Positions 29,002 to 38,620 of a DNA stretch of 64,000 nucleotides are shown here, in pieces (position 1 is the stretch's first letter; the number at the start of each line of letters is the position of its first letter). The notes under the pieces are model-generated. The model did no database searches. It had not been told where the DNA came from and saw only the letters and a list, made by a program, of their open reading frames with translations. The DNA comes from a bacterium (GTDB lineage: Bacteria; Zhuqueibacterota; Zhuqueibacteria; Zhuqueibacterales; Zhuqueibacteraceae). Made by a program: the position numbers and the translations under genes. The stretch is taken from assembly GCA_044869275.1 (NCBI GenBank), contig JBIOXB010000143.1:13004-77003 (forward strand), in the 5' to 3' direction.

Positions 29002-29269
29002 CCGCTGCCACTCGAATGAGCCCGGCAAGACTCGGGGCGTGTCGTTGCAGCCGTTGCAATTCGTTGCGATACTCGGCTTGGCGCGCCAGCCACGTGCGGT
29101 AAATGCTCGCCCATTCACCAAAATCGAGGACCCGAGCTTCCTCTTCCGGCTCTTCGCCGCTTTGATAAGCCGCGTAGAAGGTTTCCGAGCGTATGCCGTA
29201 TTTGCGCTCGAAACGCAACAATTCTTCTTCAAGCGCGTGAATATCGGCCAGGATTTCTTGCAAACTCAT
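28997..29269 (-). CDS. TumA-like antitoxin
   Basis: LEEELLRFERKYGIRSETFYAAYQSG...DFGEWA pattern; 90 aa, upstream of the DUF6516 fragment. Confidence 0.7.
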   Translation of the reverse strand: MSLQEILADIHALEEELLRFERKYGIRSETFYAAYQSGEEPEEEARVLDFGEWASIYRTWLARQAEYRNELQRLQRHAPSLAGLIRVAAA

Positions 29270-29337
29270 GATATGCCTCGCACAATTAATAGAATGAGGC
29301 AAAATACAAATCTCACAGCGAGGAGACAAGCAAATAT

Positions 29338-29374
29338 TTCTCTCGTTCCCAAGTTTAACTTGGGAACGAGAGAA
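29338..29374. repeat. Perfect REP-like palindrome
   Basis: TTCTCTCGTTCCCAAGTT-T-AACTTGGGAACGAGAGAA (18-bp arms). Confidence 0.85.
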
Positions 29375-29430
29375 CGAGAGCGAAAACGAGATTAGACTTG
29401 AGAAGTAAAGTGGACATGAAGCCTCGCAAG

Positions 29431-29590
29431 CTAACGCCGGCGCCAATAGCCATCGGCCCAGTACCAACCGCGGCGATGGCGCTCCCAGCGTCCCGGCACA
29501 TACACATAGCCCCGGCGAGGATTGAGGTACCGGCCCTCCGCCCAGCGGTACTTTCTTCCGTTCCAACCCCAATAACCGTCAACCCAAGCA
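29431..29590 (-). pseudogene. YXWGXW-repeat protein, C-terminal fragment
   Basis: WVDGYWGWNGRKYRWAEGRY...YVYVPGRW...WYWADGYWRRR*; no signal peptide or Pro-rich N-terminus upstream. Confidence 0.65.
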
Positions 29591-29808
29591 ATTCCAATGT
29601 AAAAACGTTCACACCTACTGTTCGATAACGTGCAGGTGGTGTCATACCAGCGGATACTTGCTTCCAATCTGCAAGCACAGATGGCGAACCAAACTCTTGA
29701 AAAACAACTTTGGCAAATGAATTGATATACAGTTATATTAGTGATGGCTTAAGCGTCTGTGCCGACTACGATTTCGTGGCATACCTTTAGAGCGGGAAGG
29801 ACGATGAT

Positions 29809-30468
29809 ATGATTCAGATGAAGAGTATTTTCAAATTCTATCCCACCGGCTTCGGCAAAACTTATGTGCTGAACGACGTCGATGTGGAAATCAAAGCAGG
29901 GGAGTTTGTTTCGATCATGGGGCCGTCCGGTTCGGGCAAATCGACACTGTTGCACATCATCGGCATGCTCGACGAGCCTTCCAGCGGGGATTATAACTTT
30001 CTCGATCAAGCCGTACACAAGACCAACGAACGGCAGCGCTCCGAACTGCACAAGCATTACATCGGTTTCGTGTTTCAGAGTTATCATTTGATCGACGAGT
30101 TGACGGTGTATGAAAACATCGAGATGCCATTGCTCTATAAAAAAGTCAAAGGTGCGGAGCGCAAGAGCATGGTGTGCGATATCATCGACCGCTTTCAGAT
30201 CGTCGGAAAAAAGGACTTATTCCCAGCACAGCTTTCGGGCGGGCAACAGCAGCTAGTGGCCATCGCGCGCGCGGTGATCAACAATCCCAAGCTGATTCTC
30301 GCGGACGAGCCCACCGGCAATTTGAACTCCAAGCAGGGCGAGGAAATCATGGACCTGTTCAAAAAGCTCAACGAGGAGGGCACCACCATCGTTCAAGTCA
30401 CGCATTCGGAGAAGAATGCCGGCTATGGCAAAAGAGTCATCAATCTCTTCGACGGCCGGGTGGTATAG
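29809..30468 (+). CDS. ABC transporter ATP-binding protein (LolD/MacB type), no adjacent permease
   Basis: GPSGSGKST, LSGGQQQ, ILADEPTGNL, VTH. Confidence 0.92.
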   Translation: MIQMKSIFKFYPTGFGKTYVLNDVDVEIKAGEFVSIMGPSGSGKSTLLHIIGMLDEPSSGDYNFLDQAVHKTNERQRSELHKHYIGFVFQSYHLIDELTVYENIEMPLLYKKVKGAERKSMVCDIIDRFQIVGKKDLFPAQLSGGQQQLVAIARAVINNPKLILADEPTGNLNSKQGEEIMDLFKKLNEEGTTIVQVTHSEKNAGYGKRVINLFDGRVV

Positions 30469-30563
30469 CAGGATGCTGAAGCGTCTCGAATTGCTTGGGT
30501 TGGTCATGCCCGTCGCGGCGGCAGAGGCATGACCTCACAAGGAGTTTTTTCAGCCTCCTGATA
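30465..30563. mobile_element. MITE-like element (~100 bp)
   Basis: Imperfect terminal inverted repeats TAGCAGGATGCTGAA / TTCAGCCTCCTGATA with an internal GGTCATGCC...GGCATGACC hairpin; no coding capacity. Confidence 0.5.
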
Positions 30564-30604
30564 GTAGAGGATAATCAAATGCAATCGCTTTCATTATGAG
30601 CAGC

Positions 30605-31456
30605 TCATCCTGCCAGTGAAATAATGAGAATTCCAGCCACGATCAGCAGCGCACCCAGCGTGCGTCTCTTGCCGAAGTCTTCACCCAGCCAGCGCCAACC
30701 CGCGAGGGCCGCAAACACGATGCTCACCTCTCTCATGGCACCCACGTAACTGACCGGCGCAACGGCATAAGCTTTCAAGACCAAAACATAAGCCAGGGGC
30801 ATCAACACCGCGACGGCGCCGATCTGAAGTGGGCGGTTGCGGCCTTTCGTCACCATGGCACGCCAGCCGTATTGCTTTAGCACGAAGGGGGCAAGCAAAA
30901 ACCCGCTCAACGCGAACACCAACATGAGATATGGCAGAGGCGCCATCTTGCGCACAGCGGCGGCATCGATCACGGAATAAATCGAGATCATGACGGCCAC
31001 AAACAGAGCGAGCCAGAGGCCTTTCGCATTGATACTATGACGTGACCGCGAGCCCTGCCCTCGCCCCACGATCACAATGCCGAATAGGATAATAACGACG
31101 CCCGCAAGGCCAGCGGGTTCTGGGGACTCGTGCAAGAAAGCGATCGACCATACGACCATGAGCACCGGAGCGGTGCCGCGCGCGAGGGGGTAAATCAACG
31201 AAAAGTCGGCTTGTTCATAAGCGTAAATCAAGACCAGATAATAAATCGTTTCCGCCAAAGCGCTGGTGAGAAGGTAGGGCCATACGGCTGCGGGCTGGGC
31301 AATTTGGGACCAGATAAACGGTAGTGCACCACATACCCCCACCATAATCGCCCACCACGTGATCAGTTGCCTGTCTTCAACCTTTTTAATGATAAAATTC
31401 CAGGTGGCGTGGCAAACCGCGGCGATCATCACGAGCAGCACTGCTGGCAATGGCAT
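30605..31456 (-). CDS. EamA/DMT family transporter
   Basis: About ten TM helices; AVCHATWN, DFSLIYPLARG, YSVIDA, AMREVSIVF...LGE. Confidence 0.88.
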   Translation of the reverse strand: MPLPAVLLVMIAAVCHATWNFIIKKVEDRQLITWWAIMVGVCGALPFIWSQIAQPAAVWPYLLTSALAETIYYLVLIYAYEQADFSLIYPLARGTAPVLMVVWSIAFLHESPEPAGLAGVVIILFGIVIVGRGQGSRSRHSINAKGLWLALFVAVMISIYSVIDAAAVRKMAPLPYLMLVFALSGFLLAPFVLKQYGWRAMVTKGRNRPLQIGAVAVLMPLAYVLVLKAYAVAPVSYVGAMREVSIVFAALAGWRWLGEDFGKRRTLGALLIVAGILIISLAG

Positions 31457-31471
31457 ACAGCTCCCCAAGGT

Positions 31472-32098
31472 TCAACGCCGCAATCTTCGTCCGGCTTCTG
31501 CTTGAAAATAACCGTTCGCCAAGTAGACGTACAAATTCTTCCCGGGGCAAACTGTGCCCTGCGCAACGTCTTTGTGCCCCTGGATCACTTCAGGCGATAG
31601 CTGATACTGGGCGCATAGCCATGCCATCAGATCGACAACAGCGTGCAGTTGTTTTTCATTCGGTGTTTGCACTTCGAAATTTCCCAGCACACAGATGAGC
31701 GCGTGGCCGGCGGGATCGTAGTTCGTGTTGGTGTCGCCGGGATAGCGCAAATCCCGGCCTGCATAGATTTTTCCTTCCCAATCAATCATAAAGTGATAGG
31801 GAATATCGATCCACTTCTTCTCGTTTCTCGACCATTGCTGTAATTTGCGCAGATGCTCGGCGGTGTTTTTATCGGGGGGATATTCCTCGCCACCGTGATG
31901 CAGAGTAATAAACTTGATCGCATGCGTACGAAAGGAATCGGCGAAGGCTTTGCCACCCCACTGTTCGACGGAAACGATTTGATGAGGGTTTTGCGGAAAA
32001 GGTTTGGCACGTGAGCTTCCGCAACCGTAAAAAACAATTGCCGGCGATAGCAGCCAAAATAGTGCGAGCCAGAAAGAAAGGCCAAGGAGCTTTTTCAT
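31472..32098 (-). CDS. N-acetylmuramoyl-L-alanine amidase (Amidase_2/PGRP family), probable lipoprotein
   Basis: ITLHH, WIDIPYHFMID, ICVLGNF, GHKD...TVCPG zinc-amidase motifs; signal peptide with YGC. Confidence 0.85.
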   Translation of the reverse strand: MKKLLGLSFWLALFWLLSPAIVFYGCGSSRAKPFPQNPHQIVSVEQWGGKAFADSFRTHAIKFITLHHGGEEYPPDKNTAEHLRKLQQWSRNEKKWIDIPYHFMIDWEGKIYAGRDLRYPGDTNTNYDPAGHALICVLGNFEVQTPNEKQLHAVVDLMAWLCAQYQLSPEVIQGHKDVAQGTVCPGKNLYVYLANGYFQAEAGRRLRR

Positions 32099-32108
32099 AT
32101 GGCAGGAT

Positions 32109-32150
32109 TCAAAGGCGGGAACAAAGAGGAAAGCCCAAAATCACAAAATG
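32109..32150 (-). pseudogene. Last 13 codons of a probable PIN/VapC toxin
   Basis: Reads HFVILGFPLCSRL*, resembling the (D)xHFxxxGF end of VapC-type PIN proteins; fused out of frame to the antitoxin tail. Very short, so tentative. Confidence 0.45.
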
Positions 32151-32353
32151 ATTTTGTCGTGATTAATGGAAGCGTCAGAGATCTTGGTCTCGCATATCCC
32201 CACGAGCTGATCAAGAGCCGAATAGTCTTGTGGCAGGCTTGCTTGATCAAGAATTTCTATCTCCAACAAGATCTTGTCTTGTTTGATCTTCTTGAGTTCG
32301 CCGGTCAAAGGAATCAAGAATCCATTTTCTTTTCTTTGCGCTTGAACTCGCAT
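32141..32353 (-). CDS. Small antitoxin-like protein
   Basis: 70 aa, AAGGAGA RBS, AbrB-like N-terminus (VQAQRKENGFLIP) and C-terminal LVGI...DASINHD, as in antitoxins that precede PIN toxins. Confidence 0.6.
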   Translation of the reverse strand: MRVQAQRKENGFLIPLTGELKKIKQDKILLEIEILDQASLPQDYSALDQLVGICETKISDASINHDKIIL

Positions 32354-32636
32354 AATTTCATCTCCTTGCTTCATTAGAAAAACAACTCTAAAATGTACTA
32401 TCTTTTTTATGGATATGCAAACCATTCCTGCCAGTTTGCAGCGGGGTGGTGGCCGCAGAGCAGTGATTAGTATTAGGCATCTCTGATGAAGATCCGGCAT
32501 GAGAGCATCTCGTTTATATCAAAAACAAATGGCCGGGTTCCATTTCGGAAACCGGCCATGCTTTTGCGATCACTCCAGAGCGTATTACTGTGCCAGGCTA
32601 TTTCAAGAACAGGGCCATAGCAGCAGTTTTCAAAAA

Positions 32637-33641
32637 CTAGATCACATGATGTTTATCACCCCAAATAAACAGTTTTTGCGCGCGCAGTGTGTCGAAGAAT
32701 TTCGGCGTGAGCTCGCCGTGCAACAACGCCTTCTCGCCTTTTTGATCAACCCTGATGCTGTTTAGCGCATCTACTGCGGTGCGATCCTTCGAGACTTGCA
32801 GCTTGGCCGCGGCCAGGGCCCCGCGCATGAGATCAACCATGAGCTTGCTGTCCTCGGCGTTCTGACATTGCACTTGCCCTTCGAATTCCACGCCATTGGT
32901 GACATGCGCGGAGAACACGAGGTTTTCGACGGTCTCGAGCCTCGGGAAGTTTTCGCGCAACTCACGCGCAAAAGCCGGCTCGGCATGAAGGGCAGTGTCG
33001 GCAGAAGCTGCCATCCAAATCTGGTCGCCGAAGCGAATTTTGTTTTCCATTGCAGAAAAAACCTTGGGAACTTCGCCAGATTTTTTGCCTTCCAAAGCCT
33101 GAGCGAGCCAGTCGCGGTCGCCAACGTATACGGTACTGTTGTTCACAAAGCACAAACCCGAACGCTCTTTTTGGGGATTGAAATAAACGCAATGGCCGGC
33201 GATCATTTCTTCCCGCCAGGGAATTTCGTGCCGGGCGCTGTCGATCTCTTGTTTCACGAAGGCGACAATTTTTTGTTCATCAAACTGGCCGTGCAAAATG
33301 GCATAAAAATTTTCGTCGTGCCTGCGCACTTCGCGTACGCCGGCCAACACCGACTGCAAATCCCGCTTGGGATCGAAACCAGTGGCGCTTTTGAATTCTT
33401 CATATTTTTCGTGTGACATTTCCTCGCGCATGCGGTTCTCGATCTGCTGCAAAATGTCCGCTGCCAGCGGACTTTGCACGACGTTGCGGACGTTGCAGTA
33501 CATGATCGCATTTATGTCGGCCGGCAAGAGTTGCGCATCCTGGCGCGTGGCGTCTGGCACGGCAATTTGGCCCTGGCGCTGACAGCCAAGCACCAAAGCG
33601 AACAACAGCAACAAAACAAGGTTCAACTTGCGCATGATCAT
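32637..33641 (-). CDS. Hypothetical lipoprotein co-transcribed with an ABC exporter
   Basis: VLGC lipobox, TGFDPKRDL motif; follows the permease gene closely. Confidence 0.7.
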   Translation of the reverse strand: MIMRKLNLVLLLLFALVLGCQRQGQIAVPDATRQDAQLLPADINAIMYCNVRNVVQSPLAADILQQIENRMREEMSHEKYEEFKSATGFDPKRDLQSVLAGVREVRRHDENFYAILHGQFDEQKIVAFVKQEIDSARHEIPWREEMIAGHCVYFNPQKERSGLCFVNNSTVYVGDRDWLAQALEGKKSGEVPKVFSAMENKIRFGDQIWMAASADTALHAEPAFARELRENFPRLETVENLVFSAHVTNGVEFEGQVQCQNAEDSKLMVDLMRGALAAAKLQVSKDRTAVDALNSIRVDQKGEKALLHGELTPKFFDTLRAQKLFIWGDKHHVI

Positions 33642-33645
33642 CTCC

Positions 33646-34473
33646 TCAAAAATTTTTGCGTTTGAAAATCAACATGGCCGAGCTGAAAAACACTCCACCG
33701 AGCAACAAGGAATGCCATAATGGATTCAAACTGCCGAGCGCTTCCGCCATCACCATTTTTCTTGCCATGTCGCCGATCTCGAAAGTGCGCGGCGTCAGAA
33801 AGTACAGCCCATCCAACAGCCATTGATAGATTTTATTGGAAAGCAAAGCGTAAATACGGTCGCGCTGAAAGAGCAAGGGGCTGAAGAAGATGATCAAATA
33901 CGCGCCCATGATGGCGACCGCAGAATTTTGCAGCGCCACACCGAGGAAAACCATAAAAGCAAAAATCACCGCAAAGACCGCGGCGATCATCACGCCTGAA
34001 ATCAAAAACGGCGTGTGCCAAATGCCGGTCTTCAACGACAGAATCAGCCAGGCGCCGCCGATGAGATAAAAAACGTTGAAGGCGACGATGGTCAAGCCGC
34101 CGAGATAGCGCCCCACCAGCAACTGCGGCCGCGAAATCGGCTTGGCGAGCAGCCAATCGATGTTGCCTTTCTCGAGCATGTTCGGCACCAGGCTCGCGGT
34201 CGCAAAAATCGAAAAAAACAGGCCGCCGGTGAACAGGCCCGTCGCCAATGCGGCTTCGATGCCGATCACCAGCCTGCGCATGTCGATCTCGAAGCCCTGC
34301 GCTTCCTTGCCGAAGAGCGTGACCGAAGCGAGCGCGCCATCGACCGCATCGACGTTCAAGGCCAGCAACAGCAGAGCCAGCACGATGGAAGATACGACGA
34401 AAAATCCGATGAACGTTTTGCGCGCCAGCGATTCGCGAAACGTGTAAAAACAAACGGCCCAAACCTTGCTCAT
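33646..34473 (-). CDS. ABC-2 type permease
   Basis: YTFRESLARK, EKGNIDWLLAKPISRPQLLVGRYLG, C-terminal FKRKNF; six TM helices. Confidence 0.88.
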   Translation of the reverse strand: MSKVWAVCFYTFRESLARKTFIGFFVVSSIVLALLLLALNVDAVDGALASVTLFGKEAQGFEIDMRRLVIGIEAALATGLFTGGLFFSIFATASLVPNMLEKGNIDWLLAKPISRPQLLVGRYLGGLTIVAFNVFYLIGGAWLILSLKTGIWHTPFLISGVMIAAVFAVIFAFMVFLGVALQNSAVAIMGAYLIIFFSPLLFQRDRIYALLSNKIYQWLLDGLYFLTPRTFEIGDMARKMVMAEALGSLNPLWHSLLLGGVFFSSAMLIFKRKNF

Positions 34474-35447
34474 GCTTGCGCTCCTTCCGGCCGTTTCTCC
34501 TCGGCCGCAAACAATTGGTTGAAATCGGAAGTGCCCGCGCCTTGAATGGTTTGCACAAAGCTTTCTTCCAGCGTCTGGCGATGCGGCATAATCGCTTGAA
34601 TCAAAAGCTGACGTTGGCGGAGCAAATCAATAATGTCGTTCAGCGGCTCGAAGCCCGTGACCACGACGTCGAGGTGGCCGTTTTGTGCTTCCGCAAATGC
34701 GGCTTTCGTGCGAATCTGCTCGAGCAAGTTTTGATCTTCCACGTGCACCTGCAAACGATAGCGGCGATCCGAGGTCGTCAATTCATGCACCGTGCCCTGC
34801 CGCAGCAATTTGCCTTTGTGCAGAATCGCGACTTCATCACAGATCATTTCCACTTCGGAAAGCAAATGCGAATTGAGAAAAATGGTTTTGCCCTGCTGCT
34901 TCAACTCGAGCAGCAAATCGCGAATATCTTTACGGCCGATGGGATCAACGCCGTCGGTGGGTTCATCCAAAAAAATCAACTGCGGGTCATGCAACAGCGC
35001 CTGCGCCAAGCCCAGCCGCTGCAGCATGCCTTTGCTGTATTTCTTCGTGCGCGTGGCGCGCCAGTCCCACATGTTCACGCGTTTGAGCAACAACTCCGCA
35101 CGCCGCTGGCGTTCGCCGGGATCTCGCATACCGCTCAATCGCCCGCAATAATCCAGCAAGGCGGCGCCGGTCAGGAATTCCGGGAAGCGGTGATTCTCGG
35201 GCAAGTACCCGGCGTGTGCACGCGCCGAGGGATTTTCCACTGGAATGCCGAAAAGTGTTGCGGTTCCGCTGTCGGCGCGCTGCAAACCCAGAAGGATTTT
35301 GATGAAAGTTGTTTTACCTGCGCCATTCGGTCCGAGCAACCCAAAAATCTTTCCGGGTTGAACATTCAGGCTGACACCTTGCAAAGCTTTGACGCGACCC
35401 CGGCTGAAATGCCGCGTCAAATCTTGTGTGGCAATAATCGGGTTCAT
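34470..35447 (-). CDS. ABC transporter ATP-binding protein
   Basis: GPNGAGKTT, YSKGMLQR, LDEPTDGVD, NSHLL; AGGAG RBS before ATG 35447. Confidence 0.92.
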   Translation of the reverse strand: MNPIIATQDLTRHFSRGRVKALQGVSLNVQPGKIFGLLGPNGAGKTTFIKILLGLQRADSGTATLFGIPVENPSARAHAGYLPENHRFPEFLTGAALLDYCGRLSGMRDPGERQRRAELLLKRVNMWDWRATRTKKYSKGMLQRLGLAQALLHDPQLIFLDEPTDGVDPIGRKDIRDLLLELKQQGKTIFLNSHLLSEVEMICDEVAILHKGKLLRQGTVHELTTSDRRYRLQVHVEDQNLLEQIRTKAAFAEAQNGHLDVVVTGFEPLNDIIDLLRQRQLLIQAIMPHRQTLEESFVQTIQGAGTSDFNQLFAAEEKRPEGAQA

Positions 35448-35595
35448 TGATACTCCTGGTTGGCGGAGAGATGTACGGCCAAAAACCGGGAAGGTTACAG
35501 AAAATTTCGGTTTGTTAACACCGAGAAATTTTGTGGAGTGGGGATTGCTTTTCACCGGCAATCTAAATATCATTAAGCTTCATTGGAGAGGGCCC

Positions 35596-36276
35596 ATGTC
35601 CGAACAACCGAATCCGGCGCCGCACAAAGAAAGCGCGGCGACACGGCGCTGGCAGGCGCGGCTGCGCGCGTGGATGCAGTTCATTGTCACCGGCGTGTTG
35701 GCGTTTTTTCTGCTCGCCAGCGGCTGGCAGATTTATTACCTGCATCAGAAAATCGAACAAGCACCGGCGCTTGAACTGGCTTTTGCGCCGGAGAACAACC
35801 TGGCCCCAGGCCAGGAACAATGGCGGACGCTGGCGCGCTTGGAAGCGCATGCCGTGCAACAGCGCTATCACCAAGCCAACGTCATCTTGATGGCGCGGAT
35901 TTGGACGACCTATTTGGGTTTTGTCACCGGAATGATTTTGGCCGTGGTGGGCGCGACCTTCATTCTCGGCAAATTGCGTGAGCCAACCTCAGAGATTTCC
36001 GGTAAAGCCGAAAATTGGCAGATCAGCATCGCCTCCACTTCGCCGGGGTTGATCATGGTGGTGCTCGGCACGCTGCTCATGCTGGTCACGATTATGACGC
36101 ATCATCAAATCGACGTGAAAGACGGCCCGCTTTATCTCGGCGGCACCGCGACCAGCCAAACCACGGCGACCACCACGCTGTCCAAGCCGCAACAACTAAC
36201 CGAGGCGGCAAAGAAAATCAGGGGCAGCTTGCAAGCGGATTCACTTGCCAAACAACAGGATGTGGCGCAACCGTAA
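35596..36276 (+). CDS. Hypothetical three-TM membrane protein
   Basis: Three hydrophobic helices, FILGKLREP and STSPGLIMVVLG segments; GGAGAGG RBS. Confidence 0.7.
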   Translation: MSEQPNPAPHKESAATRRWQARLRAWMQFIVTGVLAFFLLASGWQIYYLHQKIEQAPALELAFAPENNLAPGQEQWRTLARLEAHAVQQRYHQANVILMARIWTTYLGFVTGMILAVVGATFILGKLREPTSEISGKAENWQISIASTSPGLIMVVLGTLLMLVTIMTHHQIDVKDGPLYLGGTATSQTTATTTLSKPQQLTEAAKKIRGSLQADSLAKQQDVAQP

Positions 36277-36294
36277 AATTGCAGGAGAGACATT

Positions 36295-37638
36295 ATGCGA
36301 AATGCCGCTTTAAAAAGAGGGGTCGTGCTGGCCTGGTTCAGCGCCAGCCTGGCTGGCGCCGGGTTGCCGCAGGCGTTGGCGCAGGACGATTTGTCCGAAT
36401 TGCGCGAGTTGTGGAACGCCGGCAATTACGAAGAGGTCATCATCAAGGGTAGCGCGCTGCGCGAGCAACCGTTCGGCCGGACGCTGGAATTGGACTATAT
36501 GCTCGGCACCAGCCTGTGCCGCGCGCCGGAATTGCAGGTTGACGGCATCAAATTTTTGGCGTGGTGTTTGAGCAATTACAAAATGGACCAGCGCGACCAA
36601 GCCAAGATCGTGCAAGAAACGGAACAATGCGCGCAAGCGCTGGCTACGGCGCCGGCGCCGATCACGGCGATGACGGTGAAAAGCAGCGTGGGCGCGGGCG
36701 TGGGGGTGAGCGGTAAAATGTTTCACTATCTCAGCGGCGATCAAGCGTTCGGAGCAACCGCGATAAAAATCGTTGCGCCGAAAACGCTGGCAGAGCTGCG
36801 GGCGCGGCTCACGCCCATCGCACAGCCGGACAGCGCCGCGCGCAAGATTGCCGCGCTGGCCGGGAAAACGTTCGAAGTAAAGGTATTCGGCAGATTCGTC
36901 ATTGCCAACGCCAATGCCAAAACCGACTACGCCGAAATGTCCCGGCGCCTGGAGATTTATGAAAGTTTTTTCGCCGCGGCTTTCGGTTTGAAGCTGCCGC
37001 CGTACATGGTCACGGTCTATGTCGTGCCCGACATCCGGCAGTATCGTGAGCTCGCCTTAAAGCTGCACGGCTTTCAAGTGCCGGAAGCTTCCATCGGTTA
37101 TTCCTTCCGCGATGACTTGAGCCTTGCCGTCTTTTGCCGAGATCGTTTTACCGGCACTCTTTATCATGAGCTTTTTCATCTCATGGCGCGCACCACTTTC
37201 GGCGACATTCCGCCCTGGCTCGATGAAGGCATGGCGGCACTCTACGAAGTCTCGAAGATTGACAGCGCGCGGGTGTTGGGCCTCAACAATTGGCGCGGCC
37301 AGGTGCTGGAGCAGCTCTGGGAAAGACGCCCGAGCCTCGCCCAGTTGGTGCAGATGAATTGGGAAGAGTTTGACCGCCCGGATACCGAATATCCCTCCGA
37401 GGACAATCTGGTGAAGCAAGCTGCGCATCATGCCACGGCACGCTGCTTTTTACAATATCTACAGGAGCAGGGCAAGCTCGCCGAAGTCTTCAACACCTTT
37501 CGGCAGCGCAAACCCGCAGACCTGAAGACCACGCCGGAGGCGGATGCCATGGCCACGCTGGAAACGATCTTGCAAAAACCGGCACAGACCGTGGATCAGG
37601 ATTTTGCCGCCTGGTTCAAAGCCAAGCGGCGCTATTAG
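36295..37638 (+). CDS. Secreted protein with HEXXH zinc-metallopeptidase-like domain (DUF1570/peptidase MA-like)
   Basis: Signal peptide (ALA-Q), helical N-terminus, LYHELFHLM...PPWLDEGMAALYE. Confidence 0.75.
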   Translation: MRNAALKRGVVLAWFSASLAGAGLPQALAQDDLSELRELWNAGNYEEVIIKGSALREQPFGRTLELDYMLGTSLCRAPELQVDGIKFLAWCLSNYKMDQRDQAKIVQETEQCAQALATAPAPITAMTVKSSVGAGVGVSGKMFHYLSGDQAFGATAIKIVAPKTLAELRARLTPIAQPDSAARKIAALAGKTFEVKVFGRFVIANANAKTDYAEMSRRLEIYESFFAAAFGLKLPPYMVTVYVVPDIRQYRELALKLHGFQVPEASIGYSFRDDLSLAVFCRDRFTGTLYHELFHLMARTTFGDIPPWLDEGMAALYEVSKIDSARVLGLNNWRGQVLEQLWERRPSLAQLVQMNWEEFDRPDTEYPSEDNLVKQAAHHATARCFLQYLQEQGKLAEVFNTFRQRKPADLKTTPEADAMATLETILQKPAQTVDQDFAAWFKAKRRY

Positions 37639-37645
37639 AAAAGCG

Positions 37646-38620
37646 CTAACGAGGCGGCTCTTCCGTTGCAGCACTATCGCGCCAGCTCTCTGGCAAGCTT
37701 TCCGCTTCTTTCAGCAAGGCTTCGATTTCGGCTTCTGCCGCGATCGAATCGTGCGCGATAGCGATGGCGGGTGGCATGACCGGCGGGGGCTCGACCACGG
37801 GAGGCGCCGCGCCGCGCAAGGCCAGGCTCGCCGGACCGGCAGCCGCGGCGGCTTCGGCCGTGGCGACGCGATTCAACACCATCAAATCCAGCACACGCTT
37901 TTGCATGCGACCGCAGCTCTTCATGCGCTTGTAAGGGTTAAAATAAATCGGATTCGGCAGCATCGCCGCGAGCATCGTGGCTTCACCCAGAGTCAGTCTT
38001 GCCGCAGACTTGCCGAAATAAAAACGTGTGGCGGCTTCGGCCCCGAAGATACCCTCCCCCCATTCCACGACGTTTAAGTATAATTCCAAAATCTGCCCCT
38101 TGTTCAGCGCCTTCTCGATGCGGCCGGTGAGAATGAGCTCGCGCAGCTTGCGCAAAATGGTTTTGCTGCGGTCCTGCAAGAAAGCATTGCGCGCGAGCTG
38201 CATAGTGATCGTGCTGGCGCCGCGCACGTAGCGCTTCTTCTCCAAATTGACGCGCCAGGCTTCTTTCATCATCACGACATTGTAACCGTCATGTTGATAG
38301 AAGAGATCGTCTTCGCTGATCACCACGGCCTGCTGCAGCAATGGGGAGATTTGCGCCAGCGTCACCCAAATACGCACCGGCTTCTCGAAACGCTGATTCC
38401 AATTGATTTTGCCCACACGCGCGGTCGACTCCAGCTTAAAACTCTGAATTTCATCCTCATTGGGCAGGCCTGCAAAGAGCAGCAGCCAGGTGGAGAATGA
38501 GATCAGAAAGATCACTCCCAGCGCGGTGCTCCAACGCGGGTGGCGCTTCACCCAAACACGTATCTTTTTCCAAAAAGAAGATGATACTTCCGCCGGAGCC
38601 GAAGTGAACTCGTCCGCCAT
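37646..38620 (-). CDS. mtgA: Monofunctional peptidoglycan transglycosylase (GT51)
   Basis: SEDDLFYQHDG, RGASTITMQLARN, RKLRE, KGQILELYLN, GAEAA; no transpeptidase domain. Confidence 0.88.
   Translation of the reverse strand: MADEFTSAPAEVSSSFWKKIRVWVKRHPRWSTALGVIFLISFSTWLLLFAGLPNEDEIQSFKLESTARVGKINWNQRFEKPVRIWVTLAQISPLLQQAVVISEDDLFYQHDGYNVVMMKEAWRVNLEKKRYVRGASTITMQLARNAFLQDRSKTILRKLRELILTGRIEKALNKGQILELYLNVVEWGEGIFGAEAATRFYFGKSAARLTLGEATMLAAMLPNPIYFNPYKRMKSCGRMQKRVLDLMVLNRVATAEAAAAAGPASLALRGAAPPVVEPPPVMPPAIAIAHDSIAAEAEIEALLKEAESLPESWRDSAATEEPPR

Noticed and set aside
28702..29232. 176-aa ORF as a complete toxin gene
   Set aside because: Its N-terminal part is an alternative frame of the antitoxin and its tail is an alternative frame of the NUDIX fragment; only 28813-29001 is toxin-like.
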